64,000 nt of DNA. Source: a bacterium (GTDB taxonomy: Bacteria; Actinomycetota; Acidimicrobiia; Acidimicrobiales; CATQHL01). Position 1 is the first letter of the stretch. Every line of letters starts with the position of its first letter. Shown here one piece after another: positions 27,526-36,366 of this stretch. Both the position numbers and the translations under genes were made by a program. The notes beneath the pieces are model-generated. The model was given only the letters and a program-made list of their open reading frames with translations. It had not been told where the DNA came from and searched no databases. The DNA is taken from NCBI GenBank assembly GCA_028824415.1, contig JAPPDX010000107.1:522-64521 (forward strand), in the 5' to 3' direction.

Positions 27526-28547
27526 CGCCCGCTCTGCAGCCGCGGGATCACCGAGTCGCCGATGGCCCCGATGGCATCGAGGGTGGCCTCGAGCGACGGT
27601 CCCTGGAAGTGGCGCAGGCGCAGCAGCATCTCCTCGGGGTTGAGAGTGTCCTGCCACTCCTGCAACTGCTCCAGCCACGTCTCGGTCGATCCGCACAGCA
27701 CGCGGTCGGGCAGCACGTGGCCGAGTTGCAGATCGGCGGCGCTTCCCACCTCGGCCAGCCACGGATCGAAACGCTCGTCGTAGGCGTTGCCGCGCTCGAA
27801 GTACACCCGGGAGTAGCCCAGCACATGGGGGCCGTACGTGGCGCGGGCCGCCTCGTCGGTCTCGTCCAGCCAGGCCTCCCGGAAGAGCACGATCCGCGGC
27901 TCCTTGCCGGCGGCGGCGCACTCGGCGCGGTAGACGTCGGCGAGGTGGCTGACCCAGCGCCCGCTGCGTATGGGATCGGTGATCCATCCGTCGGCCATGC
28001 GTGCGGCGCGGCGCACGCCGGGCACGCTCCAGGCCCCGATGAAAACCTCCAGATTGTCCGGACCGAGTGCGGGATCCCTGCGGGGCACAGTGCCCTGCCA
28101 GGGTTCGGGGACTTCGATGAGGCGGCCCGACCGGAAGGCCTCGATGACCTCCATCCCCACGTCCATTCGCCGCTTCCGCTCGTCGAGCCCCACACCGAAC
28201 GGTTCGAAATCACCGCTGAAGTAGCCGACTCCGGTGGTGAGGCGGAAGCGCCCCGGGTACAGGGCATCCAGCACGGAGGCGTCCTCGGCCACCGTCACCG
28301 GATGGTGAACGGGCAGGACGGTGACGCAGGTGCCGAACATCATCCGGTTCGTCGCGGCGAGCCCGCGTGCGCAGAGCAGCATCGGGCTGGTCGTGTAGGT
28401 GGTGTCGCCGGAGTGTTTCTCGCCCGTGTAGGCGCCGTACCAGCCGGCGGTCTCCGCGGTGCGGCACTCGCTCAGGAATCCGTCGATATCGAGGCGGCGT
28501 TCGCCGCCTTCGAGCTTCTGGACGGCGGGGGCGATGCTGAACCTCAT
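27522..28547 (-). CDS. Luciferase-like (LLM-class) flavin-dependent oxidoreductase
   Basis: Start at ATG 28547 (MRFSIAPAVQ). Also GWYGAYTGEKHS, FGTCVTVLPVHHPVTVAEDASVLDALYPGRFRLTTGVGY. Confidence 0.8.
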   Translation of the reverse strand: MRFSIAPAVQKLEGGERRLDIDGFLSECRTAETAGWYGAYTGEKHSGDTTYTTSPMLLCARGLAATNRMMFGTCVTVLPVHHPVTVAEDASVLDALYPGRFRLTTGVGYFSGDFEPFGVGLDERKRRMDVGMEVIEAFRSGRLIEVPEPWQGTVPRRDPALGPDNLEVFIGAWSVPGVRRAARMADGWITDPIRSGRWVSHLADVYRAECAAAGKEPRIVLFREAWLDETDEAARATYGPHVLGYSRVYFERGNAYDERFDPWLAEVGSAADLQLGHVLPDRVLCGSTETWLEQLQEWQDTLNPEEMLLRLRHFQGPSLEATLDAIGAIGDSVIPRLQSGR

Positions 28548-28573
28548 TGTCGGTGCCTGTTGTCTGGAGGCTC

Positions 28574-29281
28574 TCAGACGGTCCAGTTCGTGGCGTTGAG
28601 CAGCGTGGCGCTTAGCGAGGCGATGTTGTAGGTGAGGTTCGAGACGTCCGAGCCGAGCGCCTCGCGGTAGCGGTCGGCGACGGCATCGGGTGCACCGTCT
28701 TCGATCGCCTCGTCCACGGTCGCCCACTCGGTGAGGACGATCCAGTCCGGCTGGGACGACGGGAAGAGCGGGTGCTTGCCGTTCTGGCGCCCGACGCGTC
28801 CGGCGATGAACCCGGGGCGGTCGGTCTGGCGCAACCCCTCCGAAGCGCGGTACCAGGACAGGAACCGGTCCTCGGCGACTCCGGCTACGTCGAGGCGCAG
28901 CGTGGACACGACCGGCGAGGTGACCGCCCCGCGCCGCGACGGGCGGTCACCGGGGGAGAGGGCGGCCTCGGGAACACCGACGGTCTGTACCTGCGCATAG
29001 GTCGTGTTCGAGTGGTTGCTGATCTTGTGAAGCACTTCGTTCACCAATTGCGTGTCCCTGCGGCGCACGTCGACGTACGGCTCGGAGGAGAAGATCTGCA
29101 GGTCGGGAACCTCGTAGACGTTGCAGATGAGCGGTCCGCCGACGACGGAGTGGTAGGCGTTGCAGCTGTGGAATCCGGTGTCAATGAGGTCCGGGCCGTG
29201 ACGCGTGTCGTACCACTTGACGAACTCGCCGAGGTAGTCGTCCTCGACGTCCATCCGTACGACATAGAGCAGGGGAAGCAC
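28574..29281 (-). CDS. Hypothetical protein with internal duplication (two ABM/Dabb-like ferredoxin-fold halves, tentative)
   Basis: YVVRMDVEDDYLGEFVKWYDTRHGPDLIDTGF resembles STLRLDVAGVAEDRFLSWYRASEGLRQTDRPGF. It is the first gene of the minus-strand operon. Confidence 0.5.
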   Translation of the reverse strand: MLPLLYVVRMDVEDDYLGEFVKWYDTRHGPDLIDTGFHSCNAYHSVVGGPLICNVYEVPDLQIFSSEPYVDVRRRDTQLVNEVLHKISNHSNTTYAQVQTVGVPEAALSPGDRPSRRGAVTSPVVSTLRLDVAGVAEDRFLSWYRASEGLRQTDRPGFIAGRVGRQNGKHPLFPSSQPDWIVLTEWATVDEAIEDGAPDAVADRYREALGSDVSNLTYNIASLSATLLNATNWTV

Positions 29282-29407
29282 CGCTCGGTGACGCTAGCAG
29301 CGGCTTCTGGCGATCCTGCGCCTCGTGGTAGGGTCCGTCTTCTGTGTGCCGGGCGTGCCCACCTCGGGCGGCGCCGGCCAGTCTGACTATCGCACAAGGG
29401 GAAGATC

Positions 29408-30916
29408 ATGCGAATCATGCGGCGCCAACACTGGTTCAAGGTGCTCGGAGTCTCGCTGGCGGTCGCGCTCGCGGCGGCGGCCTGCGGAGGCACCGACGAC
29501 GACACGACTGCGGCGATCGACGCGGCGAGCAGCGCCGCGTCCGGTGCCAGCGCCACCGCCGGCTCCGCACTGGCCGCGGCCGGCGATGCATCGGCATCGG
29601 CGGACGTGGCGTTGGCGGCGGCCCAGGAGGCGCAGGCCGCAGCCGAGTTGGCGCAGGCCACGGCATCGGGCAACCAGGCGGCGGTGGCCGCGGCGGAGGA
29701 GGCACTCGCCGAGGCCCAGGCGACGGCTGAGGCGGCACGCGCGGACGCTGCTGCCGCACAGGAGGAGGCCGACGAGGCGCGCGCCGCAGCCGCCGAGGCG
29801 GCCGAGGCGGCCGAGGCGGTCCAGTCCCAGCCGACCGAGGACCCGATCGTGGGCGAAGCCCGGCGGATCACCGAGGCGGCGCTCGCCGGCATGGTCACGT
29901 CGCTGAAGGAGACGGGCAACACTCCCTCTGACGTCATGGGGCTGACGACCTGGGGCGGTCCCTCTTCCACCCCGACACCGCCGAGCGGGGTCAGCATCGT
30001 CACCATCCCGTGCGCACCCGTGCCGCCGTGCTCCACCGTCAGCGACTTCGTGGACATGGTTGCTGCCGAGTTGGGTTGGGAGCACGAGATGATTGCCGGC
30101 CTGGGGACGCCGGAGAGCTACGTCGAGGCGTTCGACAACGCCATCGCCAAGGGCCCCGACGTGATCCTGGGTGCGGCCGCTCCGGGCGCACTCGTCGGCG
30201 ACCGGCTCGATCTAGCCGCCGACGCCGGGATCATCACGATCTCACTGGCCGACCTCCCCGAGCCCGATCCCGACGCCCTCGCGGCCTACGACGCCTACGT
30301 GTCGCTGCGGAGTCCCCTGCTCGGCGCGCTGCAGGCGTTCGCGGTGATTGCCGACTCGGGCGGCACCGCCAACGTGAGCATGATCCGGGATGCCACGTTC
30401 CCGACCCTGGCCGCCACCGCCGACGAGGTGGAGCAGATCATGGCGCAGTGTGCCGGCTGCTCGCTGCACATCCAGGACTGGCTGATCACCGATGCATTCG
30501 ATCCCGCCGCCGTGGACGGCATCATCAGCGGCATCCTCGCCCAGAACCCCGATGTCGAGTACCTGATCATGCCGTACTCGCTCGGTGACACAGCCGTCAT
30601 CGAGTCGCTGCGCACAGCGGGGCGCTCCGACGTGAAGGTCCTGCACAAGGATCCCAATGACGAGGGTCTCACGAACGTGATCAACGGCGGCGCCTGGCTG
30701 ACAGCAGCCTCGTCACTGGAGTGGCTGGCCTGGGCCGGCATCGACCAGGCCATCCGCGGCCTGGTCGGCGCGCCGTACCTCGGTGCCCTGGATCTCGGTA
30801 TTGGTGTGCTGCTGTTCGACGCCGACAACGCGCCGAGCGACCTCGACCAGGATCAGCGATTCGCCGACGCCGTCGACTTCCGTGCCGAGTACCGGGCGCT
30901 CTGGGGCATCGGCTAG
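29408..30916 (+). CDS. ABC substrate-binding lipoprotein (sugar/PBP-type-1-like) with Ala-rich N-terminal extension
   Basis: VSLAVALAAAAC|GG lipobox, a ~105-aa Ala/Glu/Gln-rich segment, then a binding-protein domain. Paralogous to 36367..38037 (both end ..YRALWGIG / ..FLARWGLG). Confidence 0.75.
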   Translation: MRIMRRQHWFKVLGVSLAVALAAAACGGTDDDTTAAIDAASSAASGASATAGSALAAAGDASASADVALAAAQEAQAAAELAQATASGNQAAVAAAEEALAEAQATAEAARADAAAAQEEADEARAAAAEAAEAAEAVQSQPTEDPIVGEARRITEAALAGMVTSLKETGNTPSDVMGLTTWGGPSSTPTPPSGVSIVTIPCAPVPPCSTVSDFVDMVAAELGWEHEMIAGLGTPESYVEAFDNAIAKGPDVILGAAAPGALVGDRLDLAADAGIITISLADLPEPDPDALAAYDAYVSLRSPLLGALQAFAVIADSGGTANVSMIRDATFPTLAATADEVEQIMAQCAGCSLHIQDWLITDAFDPAAVDGIISGILAQNPDVEYLIMPYSLGDTAVIESLRTAGRSDVKVLHKDPNDEGLTNVINGGAWLTAASSLEWLAWAGIDQAIRGLVGAPYLGALDLGIGVLLFDADNAPSDLDQDQRFADAVDFRAEYRALWGIG

Positions 30917-30935
30917 TTCCCGACGGACCGCAGAG

Positions 30936-32450
30936 GTGACCGCGACAGGACGGGGCTCGGAGGAGAACCGGCCTGTCGCGGCCCGCTTCAGCGGCGTCAC
31001 CAAGGTGTACGGCGGCACCGTCGCGCTCGCCGAGGTGGACTTCGAGGTCTGCGCCGGCGAGATCCACGGGCTTCTCGGCGAGAACGGCGCCGGGAAGTCC
31101 ACGCTGGTCAAGATCGCCGCCGGCGTGGAGACTCCCGATACCGGGACTGTGGAACTGTTCGGCGAGGTTCTCCCAACGGGTTTCGGTCCCGAGGCGGTTG
31201 CGAGGCGCGGCTGCGCCTTCATCCACCAGCAGCACGGCCTCGTGGGTGCACTGACCGTCGCGGAGAATGTGGCGCTCACAGCCGGCTTCCCTCGCCGCGG
31301 TGGCCGCATCGACCGCGCCGAGCTCCGGGCCCGGGCCGCCAGCGCGCTGGCGCGTATGGGTGTCGAGCTCGACGTAGACACCGAGGTCGCCGATCTGCCG
31401 ATCGCCCTGCGGGCACAGGTGGCGATCGCCAGGGCGGTCGCCATGGACGCCAGGCTGCTGGTGCTGGACGAGCCGACCGCGAGCCTGCACGTCGGCGCTG
31501 TACGCGAGCTGTTCTCGATCCTGCGGCGGCTGCGGTCCGAGGGCGTCGCCATCGTGTTGATCACCCACCGCATCGACGAGGTGATGGGTATCTGCGACAG
31601 GGTCAGTGTCATCCGCGACGGCAGGGCGGTGGCCACGAGAGACATCGCCGGCATCTCGGAGTCCGAGCTGGTGACCCTGATCGTCGGTCGCGAGGTGGCA
31701 CCTGTGGCGGTCGAGACGCTCGCAGCGGCGCGTACCGACCGCTTGACGCTGCGTGACCTGGAGGGCGCCGGGTTCGGACCGCTGTCGCTCTCGGTACGGG
31801 AAGGCGAGATGGTGGCGATCACGGGTCTGGCCGACTCGGGGCACCACGCACTGGGACGCACGCTCTTCGGTCTGGAGCCCGTCACCGGCGGGTCGATGGA
31901 GGTTGCCGGACGAACGATCGAGCCGAGCGATCCTGTGGAGGCGATGGCCGCCGGCATCGCCTACGTACCCGCTGACCGCGTCGAGGAGGGAGCGGCCACA
32001 GAGTTGACGCTTCGGGAGAACATCTTCATGAATCCCGACGGGCCGTCGCTGAGGCGGATACGCGGCCGAGCCGAGAGAGGTCGTTCGCAGTCGCTGCTCG
32101 AGCGCTTCGACGTCCGCCCGGCCGAGCCCGAAGCCGAGCTCTCGACACTCTCGGGCGGTAACGCGCAGAAGGTCGTCATCGCAAAGTGGCTGCGGATCCA
32201 GCCCCGCCTGCTGATCCTCGTGGAACCGACGGGTGCGGTGGACGTGGGGGCCCGCGCCGAGATCTACACCAAGATCCGGGCAGTGCTGCGCGAGGGAACG
32301 AGCGTCCTCCTGATCAGCTCGGACTTCGAGGAGATCGCGCAGGTCGCCGATCGTGTGGTGGTGCTGCACCGCGGCCGCCTGATCGAGTCGATTTCCCGCC
32401 AGGACCTCACCGAGGACGCAATCAGCAGCGCGGTCTACCGGGCCGCATGA
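30936..32450 (+). CDS. Sugar-type ABC ATP-binding protein, duplicated ATPase (RbsA/MglA-like)
   Basis: Two ABC halves: GENGAGKSTL ... LVLDEPTASL, and a second half LSGGNAQKVVIAKWL ... LILVEPTGAVDVGA. GTG 30936 chosen as start. Confidence 0.9.
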   Translation: MTATGRGSEENRPVAARFSGVTKVYGGTVALAEVDFEVCAGEIHGLLGENGAGKSTLVKIAAGVETPDTGTVELFGEVLPTGFGPEAVARRGCAFIHQQHGLVGALTVAENVALTAGFPRRGGRIDRAELRARAASALARMGVELDVDTEVADLPIALRAQVAIARAVAMDARLLVLDEPTASLHVGAVRELFSILRRLRSEGVAIVLITHRIDEVMGICDRVSVIRDGRAVATRDIAGISESELVTLIVGREVAPVAVETLAAARTDRLTLRDLEGAGFGPLSLSVREGEMVAITGLADSGHHALGRTLFGLEPVTGGSMEVAGRTIEPSDPVEAMAAGIAYVPADRVEEGAATELTLRENIFMNPDGPSLRRIRGRAERGRSQSLLERFDVRPAEPEAELSTLSGGNAQKVVIAKWLRIQPRLLILVEPTGAVDVGARAEIYTKIRAVLREGTSVLLISSDFEEIAQVADRVVVLHRGRLIESISRQDLTEDAISSAVYRAA

Positions 32451-32495
32451 GGGATGAGCACGCTGTGAGACCCGGTCGGCCCCAGTACTCGAGGC

Positions 32496-33587
32496 ATGAG
32501 TTCGTCCCGCGCTGAGGGTGGCGCCCCGCAGGCGGCGGAGAGCCGCAGCGCCGAGCTGGCGTCGCTGCTGTCGGGCTACGTGGGACGGTACGGCATACCC
32601 CTGCTGCTCGTCGCCGAGCTGATCCTGTTCTCGCTGCTGCGCCCCGAGAGCTTCGCCACCATCAACAACTTCAGGGCGATCCTGGACCGCGAGACGGTGC
32701 TGGTTCTGCTGGCGTTCGCGGCGATGATGCCCCTGATCGTGGGCGAGTTCGACCTGTCGGTGGCATCGAACCTGTCGATCGCGCAACTCCTTGTGGTCGG
32801 CTTCGCCGTGAACCAGACGCTCCCGGCGTGGGCGGCGCTGGTCTGCACGCTCGGTGTCGGCATGTTCATCGGCCTCGTCAACGGCGTCGCCGTCGTGAAG
32901 CTGCGAGTGCCGAGCATCGTCGCCACCCTGGCCACCGGCACGATCCTGGAGGGACTCTCGCTGCGCTATTCCTCGCGGACGATCCTCGGCGCGCCCGATC
33001 CGTTGACGACGGTGTTCCGCAAGCGGATCTTCGAGGGCGTCTCCGGCGGGCTGCCCCTGACGGTCGTCTACGCCCTCGTGATCGCCCTCGTCGTGTGGTT
33101 CGTACTCGGCGGCATGCCCACCGGTCGGCGCATGTACGCCGTCGGCGGGAACCGGCGGGCCGCCGAACTCAGCGGGATCCGCTCCGACCGCATGGTGATG
33201 GGGACGTTCGTGGTGGCCGGACTGCTGGCCGCCGCGGGTGGCGCAATGCTGGGCGGGCGCATCGGCACGGGGACGCCGAGCACGGGTCTGACCCTGCTCA
33301 TCCCGGCCTTTGCCGCCGTCTTCCTGGGTGCCACCACGATCCGCCCCGGGCGCTACAACGTCTGGGGGGCGGTGCTGGCGGTCTACACCATCGAGGTGGC
33401 CATCTCGGGCCTGCAGCAGGTGGGTGTCGGCAAGTGGATCGAGAAGGTGGTGGAGGGCGGTGCGCTCCTGGGCGCCATCGCCCTGTCGGGATGGGCGCTG
33501 CGGCTGCGCGCCCGCAAGGCGCGCGAGCGGGAGTTGGCGATCCTCGCCCGAACCGAGGAGAAGGAGACCGGAACCGATGGAGTGTGA
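32496..33587 (+). CDS. Sugar-type ABC permease (RbsC/branched-chain-type BPD_transp_2)
   Basis: About 9 hydrophobic segments, YAVGGNRRAAELSGI motif, and position within the ABC operon. Confidence 0.9.
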   Translation: MSSSRAEGGAPQAAESRSAELASLLSGYVGRYGIPLLLVAELILFSLLRPESFATINNFRAILDRETVLVLLAFAAMMPLIVGEFDLSVASNLSIAQLLVVGFAVNQTLPAWAALVCTLGVGMFIGLVNGVAVVKLRVPSIVATLATGTILEGLSLRYSSRTILGAPDPLTTVFRKRIFEGVSGGLPLTVVYALVIALVVWFVLGGMPTGRRMYAVGGNRRAAELSGIRSDRMVMGTFVVAGLLAAAGGAMLGGRIGTGTPSTGLTLLIPAFAAVFLGATTIRPGRYNVWGAVLAVYTIEVAISGLQQVGVGKWIEKVVEGGALLGAIALSGWALRLRARKARERELAILARTEEKETGTDGV

Positions 33588-35157
33588 CTACCTGATCGTC
33601 GGTGCCGGCGCCGCCGGGTGCGTGCTGGCCAATCGCCTGTCAGCCGATCCGTCCAACCGGGTCCTGCTGGTGGAGGCGGGCGGCAGTGACTTGGTCGACG
33701 ACGTGCAGATGCCGTTCGGCCAGCGCAACGTGGTCGGCAATCCGGCGACCGATTGGTGCTTCATGGCCGAACCCGACGCCACCCGCGACGGCCGGGTCGA
33801 TATGTGGCCGGTCGGCAAGGTCCTGGGCGGGGGGACGTCCATCAACGGCCTCGTCTGGATTCGCGGCCAGCGCCGGGACTACGACGGGTGGGCCGAGTTG
33901 GGGGCGACCGGCTGGGACTACGAGTCGCTCCTGCCGTACTTCCGGCGCAGCGAGTCCTTCGAGGGGGGAGCCGACGGGTACCGGGGCGGCGACGGGCCTG
34001 TCAGCGTGTCGCGCCTGCGCACCCCGCACGAACTCGTGGATGTGTTCGTGGACGCAGGCGTCGAGGCGGGCTTTCGGGCCAATGCCGATCCCAACGGGGC
34101 AGACCCGGAGGGCTTCGCGCCGGTGCAGACCAACCAGCGGGAGGGCCGGCGGGAGACCATGGCCCGGGCGTACCTGGCGCCGGTGCTGGATCGCCCCAAC
34201 CTCGATGTCCGCACCGGCATCGAGGTCGAACGTCTGCTCCTGGAGGGGGAGCGCTGCGCAGGTGTGGTGACCTCCGGTGGCGAATTGCGGGCGTCGCGGG
34301 AGGTCGTGTTGTCGGCCGGGGCGATCATGTCGCCGAAGCTGCTGATGCTGTCGGGCATCGGGCCCCGATCCGAGATCGCGGGGTTGGGCATCGACGTGGT
34401 CGTGGATGCCGAGGGGGTCGGCCGGGACCTCCAGGAGCATCCGATCACCTTCGTGAGCTTCTTCGTCAACGTACCGACGCTCAACACGATGCTGCTGGGC
34501 GATCCGGACGGCTGCACCGAGGAGTGGCGCCGCGCGGGCACAGGCGCCATGACCTCCCCGGTGGCGCAGGGGTACGCCTTCTTCCGCAGCGACCCATCGC
34601 TGGACCGGCCGGACCTCCAGTTCCACTTCACGCCCATCGGCTTCGATTTCGGGCCGGACGGCTTGGCGCTGCACGAGCGGCCGGCCTGCATGATCGCCGC
34701 CAACCTGTGCCGGCCGAACGCTCGCGGCAGCGTCACCCTGCGCTCGGCCGATCCCGGCGACCCACCCCGGATCTCGCATGAACTGATGGGTGATGCCGAC
34801 GATGTGGCGCGCCTGGCGAAGGGGTGCGAGATCGCCCAGCGCGTCTTCGAGGCCGAGGCGTTCGCCCCCTACCTCACCGAGCAGCAATTGCCGCCCGCCC
34901 CACCCGATTCTGCCGAGGAGTGGGCGGCGTACGCGCGGGCCACCGCCGGCCTCGCCTATCACCCCAGCGGCACCTGCCGGATGGGCGGCGACGACGGCGC
35001 CGTCGTGGATCCGTCGCTACGCGTCCGCGGTGTCGACGGTCTCCGGGTGGTCGATGCCTCGGTCATGCCCCGTATCGTGAGCGCCAACACCAACGCCACG
35101 GTGGTAGCCATCGGCGAGAGGGCTGCGGACCTGATCCTCGCCGGCGACGACACGTAG
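33577..35157 (+). CDS. GMC-family FAD oxidoreductase (choline-dehydrogenase-like; possible MftG-type)
   Basis: CDYLIVGAGAAGCVLANRLSADPSNRVLLVEAGG, GKVLGGGTSINGLVWIRG, and C-terminal YHPSGTCRMG ... VVDASVMP. The ATG overlaps the permease 3' end by 11 nt. Confidence 0.9.
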   Translation: MECDYLIVGAGAAGCVLANRLSADPSNRVLLVEAGGSDLVDDVQMPFGQRNVVGNPATDWCFMAEPDATRDGRVDMWPVGKVLGGGTSINGLVWIRGQRRDYDGWAELGATGWDYESLLPYFRRSESFEGGADGYRGGDGPVSVSRLRTPHELVDVFVDAGVEAGFRANADPNGADPEGFAPVQTNQREGRRETMARAYLAPVLDRPNLDVRTGIEVERLLLEGERCAGVVTSGGELRASREVVLSAGAIMSPKLLMLSGIGPRSEIAGLGIDVVVDAEGVGRDLQEHPITFVSFFVNVPTLNTMLLGDPDGCTEEWRRAGTGAMTSPVAQGYAFFRSDPSLDRPDLQFHFTPIGFDFGPDGLALHERPACMIAANLCRPNARGSVTLRSADPGDPPRISHELMGDADDVARLAKGCEIAQRVFEAEAFAPYLTEQQLPPAPPDSAEEWAAYARATAGLAYHPSGTCRMGGDDGAVVDPSLRVRGVDGLRVVDASVMPRIVSANTNATVVAIGERAADLILAGDDT

Positions 35158-35165
35158 GAGGAACG

Positions 35166-36293
35166 ATGCAGACACGTGCCGCGGTTCTCGAGGAGTTCAA
35201 GGCCCCGATGGTCGTGCAGGACCTGGAGTTGGATCCGCCGAAGGCGAACGAGGTGCTGGTCGCCGTGCGGGCCTGCGGGTTGTGCCACTCCGACTACACC
35301 GTTCTGGTGGGCGACGTCCCGGTGGCGCTGCCGGTGGTGTGCGGCCACGAGGCGTCCGGTGACGTCCTCGAGGTCGGCCCGGGCGTCACGAAGGTATCGG
35401 TCGGCGATCGGGTGGCTCTCATCTGGATCCCCGCCTGCGGCCACTGCCGCTACTGCGCCCGCGGTTGGGAATATCTCTGCAACCAGGGCGCCGGGGTGCT
35501 CGAGGGGGTGCAGCTCGACGGCACGCACCGTTTCCACAAGTCTGACGGCACCGACGTCTACCAACTCACCATCCTGGGTGGCTTCTCGCGTCACACCGTC
35601 GTGCCGGAGGACTCGGTCGTGCCGATCCCCGATGATGTGCCGTACGAGGTGGCGGGGACGATCGCCTGCCGTGCGGCCACCGGCTGGGGTGCGGTGGTCA
35701 ACAGGGGTCGCGCGCAGCCCGGCGACACCGTGGCGGTGTTCGGGATCGGTGGCGTGGGCGTAGCCGCCATCCAGGGGGCGCGCATCGCGGGCGCCTCCTA
35801 CATCTACGCCATCGACATTCTCGACTCCAAGCTCGAGAGGGCCGTCGAGTTCGGCGCCACGCACACGCTCAACATCGGCCGTCTCAGCCGCGAGGAGGTC
35901 GCCGAGGCCATCGGCGAGGTCACCAACGGGCAGGGGGCCGACGTGGCCGTCTCCTGTGTGGACATCCAGACCACCGAGACGATCGCCAACGCCTACGCAG
36001 CCATCGCCAAGGGAGGGCGCTGCGTGCTGGTGGCGCCCGCCAACATCACCCTCGACGAGGTGCGGGTACCGGTGACCGACCTCGTGTTCTCCAACAAGGC
36101 CATTCAGGGCTGCCTCTACGGCTCAGCCAACTTCCACGACGACATGCCGCGGATCATCGACCTCTACCGCCAGGGCCAGTTCCAGATCGAGGAGATGATC
36201 ACCGCCCGCTACACCATCGACGAGATCAACGAGGGCTACGACGACATGGTGGCCGGCAAGAACATCTGCGGGATGCTCATCCACGACCACTAG
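35166..36293 (+). CDS. Zn-dependent alcohol dehydrogenase (medium-chain, NDMA-dependent/nicotinoprotein-like)
   Basis: ACGLCHSD, VVCGHEASG, structural-Zn CGHCRYCARGWEYLC, and Rossmann VAVFGIGGVGVAAIQGA. Confidence 0.9.
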   Translation: MQTRAAVLEEFKAPMVVQDLELDPPKANEVLVAVRACGLCHSDYTVLVGDVPVALPVVCGHEASGDVLEVGPGVTKVSVGDRVALIWIPACGHCRYCARGWEYLCNQGAGVLEGVQLDGTHRFHKSDGTDVYQLTILGGFSRHTVVPEDSVVPIPDDVPYEVAGTIACRAATGWGAVVNRGRAQPGDTVAVFGIGGVGVAAIQGARIAGASYIYAIDILDSKLERAVEFGATHTLNIGRLSREEVAEAIGEVTNGQGADVAVSCVDIQTTETIANAYAAIAKGGRCVLVAPANITLDEVRVPVTDLVFSNKAIQGCLYGSANFHDDMPRIIDLYRQGQFQIEEMITARYTIDEINEGYDDMVAGKNICGMLIHDH

Positions 36294-36318
36294 GGCCGCA
36301 ACGCATCCCCCGGTGGTC

Positions 36319-36351
36319 GGCCCCGACCCCGCACTTGGCGGGGCCGGGGCC
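36319..36351. terminator. Bidirectional GC-rich hairpin between convergent genes
   Basis: GGCCCCGACCCCGC-acttg-GCGGGGCCGGGGCC, a 14-bp stem with one mismatch, between the ADH stop (36293) and the binding-protein stop (36367). Confidence 0.5.
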
Positions 36352-36366
36352 GGAGGTCGTGTCGGG

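Noticed and set aside
30681-32786. 701-aa minus-strand ORF
   Set aside because: It lies antisense to the duplicated ABC ATPase with intact Walker and signature motifs, and it has Arg-rich shadow composition.
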